Source of the DNA: Eledone cirrhosa
Taxonomy: Eukaryota
NCBI GenBank assembly: GCA_964016885.1
Contig: OZ024742.1
Span: 55,986,001-56,050,000, forward strand
Direction: 5' to 3'
DNA length: 64,000 bases
The notes beneath the pieces are model-generated. The model saw nothing but the letters and a program-made list of their open reading frames with translations. It was not told where the DNA came from and ran no database searches. A program made the translations under genes and the position numbers. Within the stretch, counting starts at the first letter, position 1; the number at the start of each line of letters is the position of its first letter. Below, piece after piece: positions 1-12,089 of the stretch.

Positions 1-690
1 AGATTGAGGAAGGTTCCGGCCCTGAGGCGTCTACAGTACCAAAGAAGTCGGTCCTGAGGTTGATTAGGCTGCTTTCACCACTGAGTATCTCGAGGGTCTC
101 GCTCAGACATAGGTTGCAGATGCCAAATCTCCCTCTATCAGGTGGTACTTTCCTGATTTGGGACCATGCCAGTGAGTACGGAGTCCTGTCCGGCTTGGGC
201 TTCCAGATCAGTTCGGAAAGATCCGTACATTTCCCTTTGCCCTCCCTATTAAAGGAAGGGCGTGGTTATACAATCTGTCTTTGAAGCTCGTTAATGTGGC
301 TCCTATGTAAAGGTGCTCAGAGTTGGGGTTTTTTACTCTACATCCGTATACTAAGTTCTTCATGAGGCATTCATTACTAAGGGAGCATAATGTGGGCTTC
401 TGCAGTTGCAGAATGTGGGGTTTCCGTTGCGTAGTATAGGGTGGTCATCCCCTGGGCTGGGTGGGGTGTCCTTAGGTCTGTTTGGGTTCCTAGGGTGGGT
501 ACCAGGTCCACCATTCCTTCCCTCCACATGGCTCTGCTGGGTGCTTATATTGCCAGCTTCTGGTTGTGTGTAGTTTCTAAGTCTACCCCTATTGATGCTA
601 GCTATGTGCGGGGCTACGTTGCGCGTAGTCGAATACGAGAGCTTCACAGTGTGCCTGTTGAAGATCTTGTGGTATCATTTTGTATTTTTC
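1..690 (-). mobile_element. Penelope-like element fragment (linker + GIY-YIG endonuclease), degenerate
   Basis: Minus-strand frameshifted translation: KLSYSTTRN...CNCR...CLMKNLVYGC...LYIGAT...FKDRLYNH...CNLCLSE, matching PLE Cys-rich linker and GIY-YIG motifs; same type as 48540-48960. Confidence 0.8.
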
Positions 691-1254
691 TCTGTATATA
701 ATTATTCCACGCCATTTGTGGCGTATTTGACGTCGATTTGTCTTACGTTTATTTTGCAATTATGTAGCGGGTCAGACGAAACAATAATGTATCAAGTGGA
801 ATCATGAAACTAGACATTTTCAATAAACTATACAGTTATGCGAGACGATGTATTATGAAAGGTATCTTTACAAGGTAAAGAAACATTGGAGTGTATATAA
901 GTTCCACGATCCGAAAGTGCTAATGGAGAAAAGGCCTATGAGGAAGTATTAACTTTAAAAGAGAAGATAAACATTAATAAGTTAGTGATAGTCATATGTA
1001 TAAGTACGAAATTAGTTATAGAGAAATTGTGTCTGTAGATAAGAAATGAAGACATTCAAATGAAAATACTGCAACATAAAATAAACGCTCTTCTGTTATA
1101 AACATTTATCATCACAAATCTCAACTTCAAACTACTTATTTCTTTGATAACATAAAAAATGATTTATGTAGCGCATTAACTATTGAGTGCAACTATTAAT
1201 AGTCTGTTTTGAAAGACTATGTCGCCTGGGATTTTAGGAGTGTAAATGATGTAA

Positions 1255-1410
1255 AATAATGTTGAAGTTTAAAGAATAGAAAGTTAAAGGTGTAAGGCAG
1301 ACATATAAAGCAAGAGAGGGAAAGAGAGAAAGCTAGAGATAGAGAGAGAGAAGGAAACAGATAGAGAGAGAGCGATAGAGAGATAAAATGAGAGAGAACT
1401 GGAGTGAATA
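1255..1410. repeat. GA-rich repeat, imperfect inverted copy of 5207-5382
   Basis: ATAATGTTGAAGTTTAAAGAA...GAGAGAACTGGAGTGA aligns by eye with the reverse complement of 5207-5382. Confidence 0.8.
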
Positions 1411-1716
1411 CAAAAGAGACAGCGGGAGGTATATGAAAAGTAATTTACAAAATGGAAAAAATGAAACGATAATTCCTTTCCCACTCTTAGTACGGCTGTT
1501 ACTTAAATATAAGTATGTACACGTACATACATATATGTATACCGACGTACAGTAGTATGTATATATATATATACATACATGCACACATATATATATGCAC
1601 GTATGGATTCACCGAACATTTATTATAATGCTCGGTGTGTTTGTAAACAAACATCCCGTATTAAGCCGTAGTGTCTAGCAACCACCGTTGCTCGTTTGTT
1701 CAACACTGACAAAGGA

Positions 1717-1759
1717 ACGCTGTACTAGTTTCAAGCTTGTTAGCTATCGTCAGCAACGT
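1717..1759 (-). ncRNA. Minimal type I hammerhead ribozyme, array unit 1
   Basis: Minus strand: ACGTTG-CTGACGA-T AGCT AACA AGCT T-GAAAC-TA-GTA-CAGCGT; helix I 6 bp, helix II 4 bp, palindromic helix III ACTAGT, GUA triplet. Confidence 0.8.
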
Positions 1760-2140
1760 ATACCTTCCTGCCAGATTGTTGAACGTATATACTTACCTTA
1801 TGCATATTAACGGCTGAGTAGCCCAATTTGCATATCGAGTGGGTTAATCGGCCGGGTGCACCGAAAACGATAAACGGAAAAAATGAAACGATATTTCATT
1901 TCTCACTCTTAGTACGGCTGTTACTTAAATATAAGTATGTACACGTACATACATATATGTATACCGACGTACAGTAGTATGTATATATATATATATACAT
2001 ACATGCACACATATATATATGCACGTATGGATTCACCGAACATTTATTATAATGCTCGGTGTGTTTGTAAACAAACATCCCGTATTAAGCCGTAGTGTCT
2101 AGCAACCACCGTTGCTCGTTTGTTCAACACTGACAAAGGA

Positions 2141-2183
2141 ACGATGTACTAGTTTCAAGCTTGTTAGCTATCGTCAGCAACGT
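2141..2183 (-). ncRNA. Minimal type I hammerhead ribozyme, unit 2
   Basis: Same core as unit 1; helix I 3' strand CATCGT (one U-U mismatch). Confidence 0.75.
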
Positions 2184-2562
2184 ATACCTTCCTGCCAGAT
2201 TGTTGAACGTATATACTTACCTTATGCATATTAACGGCTGAGTAGTCCAATTTGCATATCGAGTGGGTTAATCGGCTGGGTGCACCGAAAACGATAAACG
2301 GAAAAAATGAAACGATATTTCATTTCCCACTCTTAGTACGGCTGTTACTTAGATATAATTATGTACACGTACATACATATATGTATACCGACGTACAGTA
2401 GTATGTATATATATATATACATACATGCACACATATATATATGCACGTATGGATTCACCGAACATTTATTATAATGATCGGTGTGTTTGTAAACAAACAT
2501 CCCGTATTAAGCCGTAGTGTCTAGCAACCACCGTTGCTCGTTTGTTCAACACTGACAAAGGA

Positions 2563-2605
2563 ACGCTGTACTAGTTTCAAGCTTGTTAGCTATCGTCAGC
2601 AACGT
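2563..2605 (-). ncRNA. Minimal type I hammerhead ribozyme, unit 3
   Basis: Identical to the unit 1 motif. Confidence 0.8.
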
Positions 2606-2984
2606 ATACCTTCCTGCCAGATTGTTGAACGTATATACTTACCTTATGCATATTAACGGCTGAGTAGCCCAATTTGCATATCGAGTGGGTTAATCGGCCG
2701 GGTGCACCGAAAACGATAAACGGAAAAAATGAAACGATATTTCATTTCTCACTCTTAGTACGGCTGTTACTTAAATATAAGTATGTACACGTACATACAT
2801 ATATGTATACCGACGTACAGTAGTATGTATATATATATATACATACATGCACACATATATATATGCACGTATGGATTCACCGAACATTTATTATAATGCT
2901 CGGTGTGTTTGTAAACAAACATCCCGTATTAAGCCGTAGTGTCTAGCAACCACCGTTGCTCGTTTGTTCAACACTGACAAAGGA

Positions 2985-3027
2985 ACGATGTACTAGTTTC
3001 AAGCTTGTTAGCTATCGTCAGCAACGT
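2985..3027 (-). ncRNA. Minimal type I hammerhead ribozyme, unit 4
   Basis: Identical to the unit 2 motif. Confidence 0.75.
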
Positions 3028-3406
3028 ATACCTTCCTGCCAGATTGTTGAACGTATATACTTACCTTATGCATATTAACGGCTGAGTAGTCCAATTTGCA
3101 TATCGAGTGGGTTAATCGGCTGGGTGCACCGAAAACGATAAACGGAAAAAATGAAACGATATTTCATTTCCCACTCTTAGTACGGCTGTTACTTAGATAT
3201 AATTATGTACACGTACATACATATATGTATACCGACGTACAGTAGTATGTATATATATATATACATACATGCACACATATATATATGCACGTATGGATTC
3301 ACCGAACATTTATTATAATGCTCGGTGTGTTTGTAAACAAACATCCCGTATTAAGCCGTAGTGTCTAGCAACCACCGTTGCTCGTTTGTTCAACACTGAC
3401 AAAGGA

Positions 3407-3449
3407 ACGATGTACTAGTTTCAAGCTTGTTAGCTATCGTCAGCAACGT
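3407..3449 (-). ncRNA. Minimal type I hammerhead ribozyme, unit 5
   Basis: Identical to the unit 2 motif. Confidence 0.75.
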
Positions 3450-3812
3450 ATACCTTCCTGCCAGATTGTTGAACGTATATACTTACCTTATGCATATTAA
3501 CGGCTGAGTAGTCCAATTTGCATATCGAGTGGGTTAATCGGCTGGGTGCACCGAAAACGATAAACGGAAAAAATGAAACGATATTTCATTTCCCACTCTT
3601 AGTACGGCTGTTACTTAGATATAATTATGTACACGTACATACATATATGTATACCGACGTACAGTAGTATGTATATATATATATACATACATGCACGTAT
3701 GGATTCACCGAACATTTATTATAATGATCGGTGTGTTTGTAAACAAACATCCCGTATTAAGCCGTAGTGTCTAGCAACCACCGTTGCTCGTTTGTTCAAC
3801 ACTGACAAAGGA

Positions 3813-3855
3813 ACGCTGTACTAGTTTCAAGCTTGTTAGCTATCGTCAGCAACGT
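3813..3855 (-). ncRNA. Minimal type I hammerhead ribozyme, unit 6
   Basis: Identical to the unit 1 motif. Confidence 0.8.
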
Positions 3856-4344
3856 ATACCTTCCTGCCAGATTGTTGAACGTATATACTTACCTTATGCA
3901 TATTAACGGCTGAGTAGTCCAATTTGCATATCGAGTGGGTTAATCGGCCGGGTGCACCGAAAACGATAAACGGAAAAAATGAAACGATATTTCATTTCCC
4001 ACTCTTAGTACGGCTGTTACCTAGATATAATTATGTACACGTACATACATATATGTATACCGACGTACAGTAGTATGTATATATATATATACATACATGC
4101 ACACATATATATATGCACGTATGGATTCACCGAACATTTATTATAATGCTCGGTGTGTTTGTAAACAAACATCCCGTATTAAGCCGTAGTGTCTAGCAAC
4201 CACCGTTGCTCGTTTGTTCAACACTGACAAAATATATATCCATAACTTTTGTACCCATATACGCTTCATCAGACATGCATAGATACACATTCAAAGGCAA
4301 TATATATTTATACATTTCATTGATGTCTGTATGTATAAATGTAT

Positions 4345-4405
<61 letters not shown>

Positions 4406-4699
4406 TATATATATATATTCATATATATATATATATATAAACATAAAAATTGAAACGAAATTTCATTCCCCACTCTTAGTACGGCTGTTACTTAAATATA
4501 AGCATGTACACGTGCATACACATATGTATACAGACGTACAGTAGTATGTATATATATACATACATGCACATATATATATGTACGTATGGATTCACCGTAT
4601 ATTTATTATAATGCTCGGTGTGTTTGTAAACAAACATCCCGTATTAAGCCGTAGTGTCCAGCAACCATCGTTGCTCGTTTGTTCAACACTGACAAAGGA

Positions 4700-4742
4700 A
4701 CGCTGTAATAGTTTCAAGCTTATTAGCTATCGTCAGCAACGT
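4700..4742 (-). ncRNA. Hammerhead motif of unit 8, helix III mutated
   Basis: GAAAC-TA-TTA instead of GAAAC-TA-GTA; the C-G pair and the palindrome are lost. Confidence 0.55.
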
Positions 4743-4837
4743 ATACTTTCCTGCCAGATTGTTGAACGTATATACTTACCTTATGCATATTAACGGCTGA
4801 GTAGCCCAATTTGCATATCGATATTGCATATCGATAG

Positions 4838-5185
4838 CTAATAAGAGAGGGTTTGTTGGATTTTGGCTTGTGTCGGGATGTTTTTTATGGATTTAGGTTG
4901 TCTTTTGCTCTTTATAATGTTGTGTGTTTGGAAGATTTTGTTCATTCTTGGGTCTCTTTTTAGTAAAGGAATGGTCTGGAGGATGGTGTCGAATGCCTCA
5001 TTGCTGAGGGAGTGGTGTGGAGATGTATGGTAGAGTTTTTTGTTGCGGTTCATTCCTGGATTTGGGGTGTCTGAGTTCCTGGATGTCTAGTTTTAGGGCA
5101 CCTTGGAATCCATTGGTGATTAGAGAATGTGTGTAGTTTCTGCTGATAAGTGTGTTTTTTAATTCTTCTAGTAGTGTGTAGTAAT
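4838..5185 (-). mobile_element. Penelope-like element fragment (RT C-terminal/linker region)
   Basis: LEELKNTLISRNY...IIKSKRQPKSIKNI resembles the PLE post-RT R/K-QP-x-LK motif. Confidence 0.65.
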
Positions 5186-5206
5186 TTATTTTTATATATG
5201 TATATA

Positions 5207-5382
5207 ATCACTCCAGTTCTCTCTCATTGTATCTCTCTACCCTTCTCTCTCTCTCACTTTTTGTCTCCTTCTGTCTCTCTATCTATCTATCTCTATCTCT
5301 AGCTTTCTCTCTTTCCCTCGCTTGCTTTATTTGTCTGCCTTACGCCTATACATTTCTCTTCTTTAAACTTTAACATTATTTC
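5207..5382. repeat. CT-rich repeat, inverted partner of 1255-1410
   Basis: See 1255-1410. Confidence 0.8.
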
Positions 5383-5390
5383 ATATCATT

Positions 5391-5472
<82 letters not shown>

Positions 5473-5934
5473 TACATGTATATATATACATATATATATA
5501 AACACACACGCATACCTACATATATATATATATATATTGTTTAGAAAACGTAAGAGAAAAACAACCATAAAGACAATTTCGGCTCTTTAGTTGTTTTCTA
5601 TGGGTCGCTGATGTTTCGATGCATTAAAGACAGTACATCTTACCACGGTGCGTTAATAACTTCGAGGAATAGTTATTAGGGAATAAAACAACAAAAACAC
5701 AAATGCGATAGCAAAGAGAATGACAGAAAAAGAAAATAAACAGTTGAAAAAAATGAAAAACATATCGGTAGAGAGGGAAAAACACAAGACATGAATTTGC
5801 AGTAACCAATGGGCGAGAGGGTGAAGTTAAAAAGAAAACCGAGCGTAAGCTCTGTGTCCCTATTACCATCACGAGAGAGACCGAAGAGAAAACCGTCTTA
5901 TCATAGCGAGGAGAGACGAAGGAAAACGGAATTG

Positions 5935-6110
5935 ACAGGGGGAGGAAACTTACTAGATCCACGCCATACCGACCGCAGAGCGGGAGTTGTGACCTGTGTT
6001 TACTAGAATTCCATGCCATAATACACTCTAAACTGAACCTGCTTAACAGGAAATCGGAAATTTTCTCCTCTTGCCAACACAAAATCCTGAGTTGCTTCTT
6101 CTATTTTAAA
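5935..6110 (+). mobile_element. Penelope-like element, end of GIY-YIG ORF
   Basis: PYRPQSGSCDLCLLEFHAII...LLNRKSEIFSSC; LLNRKSEIFSSC also ends the PLE at ~48570-48620 (minus). Confidence 0.75.
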
Positions 6111-6242
6111 CCTAGCACATAGACGTAACATATATTACGCAACCCCCACCTAGACATACCCCTCCTTGACTATAACTTCCTCCCCCAACCCATAACCCAG
6201 ATAGATAGGTAGCCTATGGGTGGAACAGTCCCCTACAAGGTT

Positions 6243-6289
<47 letters not shown>

Positions 6290-8214
6290 TCTCCTTTTCT
6301 CTCACGCACACATACACACACACATATGTATGCATATGTGTGTGCATGTGTACATGCATGCATGCATATGTGTGTATGTTGTATACATATATATTGTATA
6401 TATATATATATATATATGTATATTATATGCATATATATTGTATGTGTGTGTATATATGATATGTACATATATATGTATGTATATGTGTGCATACGTGTAT
6501 GCGTGTGTATGATATGTATATATGTGTGTATGTATATATATTTTTTCTGTAGAAGTCTTCTCTATATGTGGTGTTTGGCATGAATTCCTCCTATAATACT
6601 CTTCTTTGAGAGGAGCACGATATGTAGAGTAACACATATGTATTGTCGCAGTTGAAACTGAGAACCACCACCCCTCCTGCTGACCCAAATATTTACTGAG
6701 GACCAGAACACCATTCTCCACAATATAAGAGAGGAACGCGCTTGCCGGACTATTTATGACCATAACATCACATTCCAAGGTAATGGCAAAACACAGTGAA
6801 TGGTAAACACGACCTGAACATCACAACATGCACATCGGAGCAACAGAGATATAATATCAATAAGCGAATCAATTGAATTTTTTTAGTTGAAATACATGTA
6901 AATATGTGTCTGTGTGTATCGGACACACGTACACATGAAAAAACTGCTGACCTAAATGTACCTGTCATGCCTGTCTGAATTCCCAAGAAAATTTTCGGTC
7001 AGTTACTATCTTGACCGCTTACCCTCACAATTACTACGTAGCGGTTCTTGCACGTGACTGCTAGACCCGGATGAAACGAAGACGAAGAATTTCCTTGCGT
7101 ACCGTTTTGTACCACAGATGCGATCTCACTCTGCCTCGTTAATGTTCAATCAACACCAAAGTTATACGTTCTGGGCAATAGAATTGAATCCAACCACCGA
7201 CAACATAGTTGGATGACCGATAATCACACCAAACCGGAGTACTGTGATCCTTGTGATTTCGAGATATACAACCACTGATAGTGTAACGAAGACCTGAAAA
7301 CCATACTCCATAATATTGAACCAAGTGATTGATTTGTGCGACCAAAATAACACCACACACATATTGGGTCGGCAATGAACTAGGAATATTGGATCCTCCG
7401 TCAATGTCTGGGTGAGCAAAAATAGATTTCTATCTGCATTGAAATTAACGAACTTGTGCATCTGCTGTGGTGTCAAACACAAACGCACACGACCGCACAG
7501 ATGAGCAATGGACCATGCGACGTGGGTTGAACTTGCAAGTGAATTGAAGGATGTGTAACTCTGATATACAGATTATTTATTATTAAGATGTATAAACTTG
7601 ACATAACTATTATCATCTTATATTCTCTCAACTAACCACATTTGATTATATTTCTCTATCCCGTTTTCTCCCCCCATATTTATAATATTTTTATTTGACA
7701 AAATCGGTTTTTTTACATTGTGTTTTTCCCTTCTAATAATTGCTTATATTTTTTTAATATATTCTCTATATATTTTTTATATATATATTTGTTTATCTTT
7801 ATTCTTATTTTCACTCTTATCCTCCTTTATATTTTACCTTATTCTTACTTTTATACCTTATTATAGTGTAATCTTCCCCATGCCTTATTATACATTATTA
7901 ATTATAGATTATTATTATTACTCTTATCCCATTTCTAATTACCTCATGTACTTTCTCCTCCGTTATATATATATTGTATGCCCTTTGTGTGTGTGGCCTC
8001 TGCACACCCTCTGCACCCTACTATCGACGCCACCCCATCTATGGCTCCGCTAACGGGAATGAATATGACCACAGCTAGTAAACAAGGATCCACACCCCAC
8101 CCTCCCGCACCAAAATTAGACTTATCGTCCCCTGCGTTTGCTCTTTACTCTCTAAACTCTTTGTTCTTGAATGTTTGGTTGGTAGAGTCCATAACACCAA
8201 TCAAACCCCTTTTA

Positions 8215-8270
8215 TAGCTCTGACGAATCCTACGGTTACGTAAGGAAGAAACATTGTAACCAATAAACAT
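8215..8270 (+). ncRNA. Degenerate minimal hammerhead followed by AATAAA (PLE terminal-repeat-like)
   Basis: CTGACGA-ATCCTACG GTTA CGTAAGGAA-GAAAC-ATT-GTA; helix I poor; followed by AATAAA..TTTTGATGT as at 46580. Confidence 0.5.
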
Positions 8271-8305
8271 ATTTTGATGTTGTAGACGCTCTTGTGTTCT
8301 TTATC

Positions 8306-8401
<96 letters not shown>

Positions 8402-8425
8402 GGGTAGAGAGAGAGAGAGAGAAAT

Positions 8426-8470
8426 GGCTTCCTGATGATTTCTCCCGAATGAAACAGTTCTAGTTCTGTA
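8426..8470 (+). ncRNA. Hammerhead remnant (family of 10106/10664), 3' strand of helix I deleted
   Basis: GCTTC-CTGATGA-TTTCTCCCGAAT-GAAACAG-TTCTAGTT-CTGTA. Confidence 0.55.
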
Positions 8471-8545
8471 TTAAATCTTTATACTCTGCTATGTATTGAG
8501 TACCTTACTTACTGTGGTTACCCCCGATTGAACCCGGGATAAACT

Positions 8546-8609
<64 letters not shown>

Positions 8610-8673
8610 TGATGGTAGCTAGGATGCTTCCATAGACGGTATGCCGGTTGAGCACTCCATAGCAGAGTATGAT

Positions 8674-8959
<286 letters not shown>

Positions 8960-9230
8960 GCAAACATCACGGGCGCTCTATCTCAAAATTATTTTTGAAA
9001 AGCATTAAAAATGCGCAACCGGTAAAACTTAAAACCAAAACTGAATACTAACCAATACTATTACTAATTTTTACTTATTCCTAATTAAACTATTTTTCAC
9101 TGAGAACAATTTGTCACCATTTTCTTTTCCGTTTACCAATATATATATATATATATACATTCTACTCTGAAGAATATCGAGTGCTAATTTTGGCATACCG
9201 CCTACGGAAGCACCATAGCTACCACTATAC

Positions 9231-9314
<84 letters not shown>

Positions 9315-9334
9315 GTATATATATATATCAGGGT

Positions 9335-9935
9335 ATCCCTCAGTCATGAAAGACTGTGGATCTGCGACAAAAGAATTTCGGGTTAGCTGCTGATGGCAGG
9401 GAAGCATCTGCTGTGGCTTTACAGGAGTGGCAGCCTTGTATGCAGTGACTGCACTCGAAGATACTCCCTTCCGATTTTACTGTGTTGGCCTTCTTTCGAG
9501 CTCAATTTTCCTCTGTAGCAAGTTTCACTTGTCCCACTCCAACTCCTTGCAAAGTACTCTTCTCCAGCTTAGTCAATCCTTAGCGACCTCTCCTCATCTC
9601 TCTGGACTTACAGATATACTGACTTCATATCTCTCTTTCAGACGTGTTTGAACCACATTTGAGGTTATTTTCGTGCTCTTGTACCGATGGTCAGTAGGTC
9701 TTGACGGATCCTCCCGTCCGGCAGACGATCTAAGTGACAAAGCCAGCACAGACGGCGGTGTTTGACCATAGTGTATATGCTGGGTATCTTGGCGTGGTTG
9801 AGGACTTTAGGGTTGGTGACTCGGTTTTTTAACTTGATTTCCAAAATGTGTCTGACGTTACGAAGTAGGAAGACGTTATGTTGCCGCTCATTTCCGCGCT
9901 AATGTAGTGTGCTGAGAACGCGCACCATGTAAACA
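9335..9935 (-). mobile_element. RTE-clade LINE 3' fragment, degenerate
   Basis: TMVKHRRLCWLCHLDRLPDGRI...KRDMKS...AKD*LSWRR...CSHC..CHS resembles the RTE C-terminus (RRLRWLGHV.RM.DGR.P). Confidence 0.7.
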
Positions 9936-9953
9936 TCGGTATATATATCTATA

Positions 9954-9986
<33 letters not shown>

Positions 9987-10026
9987 CTGTGTACATATGC
10001 ATGTCTATGTATATATACACACATAC

Positions 10027-10093
<67 letters not shown>

Positions 10094-10105
10094 TTAAAAT
10101 AGAAG

Positions 10106-10156
10106 AGCTTCTACAGGACTAGATCTGTTTCATTCGTGAGAAATCTTCAGGAAGCT
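10106..10156 (-). ncRNA. Type I hammerhead ribozyme
   Basis: AGCTTC-CTGAAGA-T TTC TCAC GAA T-GAAACAG-ATCTAGTC-CTGTA-GAAGCT; helix I 6 bp, helix III 4 bp, GUA triplet. Confidence 0.75.
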
Positions 10157-10663
10157 AACTGTCCAAGTAAAAATGGTGGAATTTATATCTTTTCTGGTGG
10201 TGGGAGAGGGTGGGGAGTGGGATGGGTGGAGGTCGTTGGGTGAAAGAGAAGGGAATTCTTTAAAAGGTAATTCTTTTAAGCATTACTTAGAGTGGCAAAG
10301 GCAGAAGGAATTCTATAAACAAGTTCAAATTTGGGGTGCTGCCTTTCTCACTATAAGTAATACTTTAAAGATTTAGCTTTTAAAAAATTCCCCTTTCTTT
10401 AAATCCATCAACCATGACCTCCACCCATCCTGTAGACACCTGAAATATAGGCAATGTTAGCTTAAGAGAAACTTAAAAATAAGGAGTGGCACTCCATTTT
10501 GAACTTGTTTATAGAATTCTTCCTGCCTTTGTCACTCTAAATATAAATTATAGCTTTAAAGAATTAGCCTTCTCTTTCAACCAACGACCTCCACCCATCC
10601 CACTCCCCAAACTCTCCCACCACCAGAAAAGATATAAATATCACCATTTTTACTTGGACAGTT

Positions 10664-10714
10664 ACCTTCCTGATGATTTCTCACGAATGAAACAGTTCTA
10701 GTGGTGTAGAAGCT
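10664..10714 (+). ncRNA. Type I hammerhead, partly degenerate
   Basis: CTTC-CTGATGA-TTTCTCACGAAT-GAAAC-AGTTCTAGTGGT-GTA-GAAG. Confidence 0.6.
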
Positions 10715-10795
10715 CTTCTATATTAAAACCTTTATACTCTGCTATTTATTGAGTACCCTACTTACTGTGGTTACCTCCGATCAACCCGGAATAAC

Positions 10796-10882
<87 letters not shown>

Positions 10883-11079
10883 GATAAATCTACCAAGAGT
10901 TTACGGTAGTGTCCAATCCGTATGGAAAACTCAATGTAGTCCGGATATCATGGAAAGAAGAGATGCAATGAAAAATCACTTTCGGTGAAAGATAAACGGA
11001 ATACAGAGTCAAGATAAAATATTAAAAAAATAATGAATAAAACAATGAAACAGTTCCTTATATTAAACAAAAAAAGTTC

Positions 11080-11228
11080 ATTATTTAACGATCGTTTCTA
11101 GGATATATATGTGTTAGAATTGGCATGCATATTCAACAGATCTATGTACAAAATTATACAAAATTATACAAACTATCAAGATTAAATATACATACCAAAC
11201 ACACATATATGCCGTCTTCAGAAATAAT
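11080..11228 (-). ncRNA. Type I hammerhead with very long helix II insert
   Basis: ATTATTT-CTGAAGA-[~115 nt; ATATATGTGT..ACACATATAT pairing]-GAAAC-GATC-GTT-AAATAAT; helix I 7 bp, palindromic helix III. Confidence 0.6.
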
Positions 11229-11234
11229 ATTTTA

Positions 11235-11311
<77 letters not shown>

Positions 11312-12053
11312 CAAAGCAAATGTAGTAAAGAACCAGATGGACCATACTGCACCAGAGTACTCAATACTTAGAGTAGTAAAGTGGGAAAAGTTAAAAAGTA
11401 TGACCACGACGGCAGAGCTCAAGCCATTTCGACGGCTATTTCTGAACTAAATTAGAATTTTTAGCCTGGTGAATAAATAGCCGAACTTGTCAAGGGGTTA
11501 CTTCCTTATATGGGAAGATTGTAGTTGCCAAGAGGATTGGTTAAAATTTGTTGTAAACACAAATAAGTCTATCATGGCATTTGGTGGGAGGTAGGGGTGG
11601 TTGAACTTGCCTGTAGAACAATAGGGCAGTGAGTGGGGCGGTCAAGCGTTGAAAGTGATGTGTATACAGCAGATTCTAAGGATAGTGTATGAAACGGAGG
11701 AGGGAGGTTATAGAATAGGTAAATCGAATGAGAGTAGGAGACAATAAAAGATAATAGAAAGAAATAAAAAAAAATATAAAATTAGATAGTGAGAAATTTT
11801 TTTTTTTTATATTCATTTCTCACTATCTAATTTTATTATTTTTTATTAGAAGAAACAGAGGCTGTGTAGTTGCTGGATAAAGTGTATTTATAAATAAGTG
11901 GAAAGCACGAACGGGGGATAATTTCCCTTCATCAGTTGTCTGTTGAAGATCATGGACATTTCTTCAATATAAATATTCGGAAAACAACAAATCAAACAAT
12001 ATAGTACAATGAAAATATATATTAGATTAATACTTGATATAGTATGAAAAGTG

Positions 12054-12089
12054 TCTTAAGGTTTCGAACATTAGTCCTTCATTAGAAGA
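12054..12089 (-). ncRNA. Degenerate hammerhead relic
   Basis: TCTT-CTAATGA-AGGAC TAAT GTTC-GAAACCTT-AAGA; core G mutated. Confidence 0.4.

Larger units (their letters stand above)
1452..4830 (-). repeat. Tandem array of ~422-bp HHR-containing units (6 complete, 1 truncated, ~220-bp microsatellite spacer, 1 further partial unit)
   Basis: Anchor ACTCTTAGTACGG recurs at 1483, 1905, 2329, 2751, 3173, 3595, 4001 and 4472 (periods 422/424/422/422/422/406). Confidence 0.97.
10093..10730. repeat. Imperfect inverted repeat (~245-bp arms), one HHR per arm
   Basis: 10093-10340 aligns with the reverse complement of 10488-10730. Confidence 0.9.

Noticed and set aside
1452-4830. CRISPR-like array or tandem coding repeat
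   Set aside because: Units are near-identical over their whole length with no unique spacers or cas genes; the ORFs are microsatellite read-throughs.
6590-7560. Possible ancient non-LTR element relic on plus
   Set aside because: Only vague similarity (LDPDETKT, VWVSKNRF); no diagnostic motif could be confirmed.
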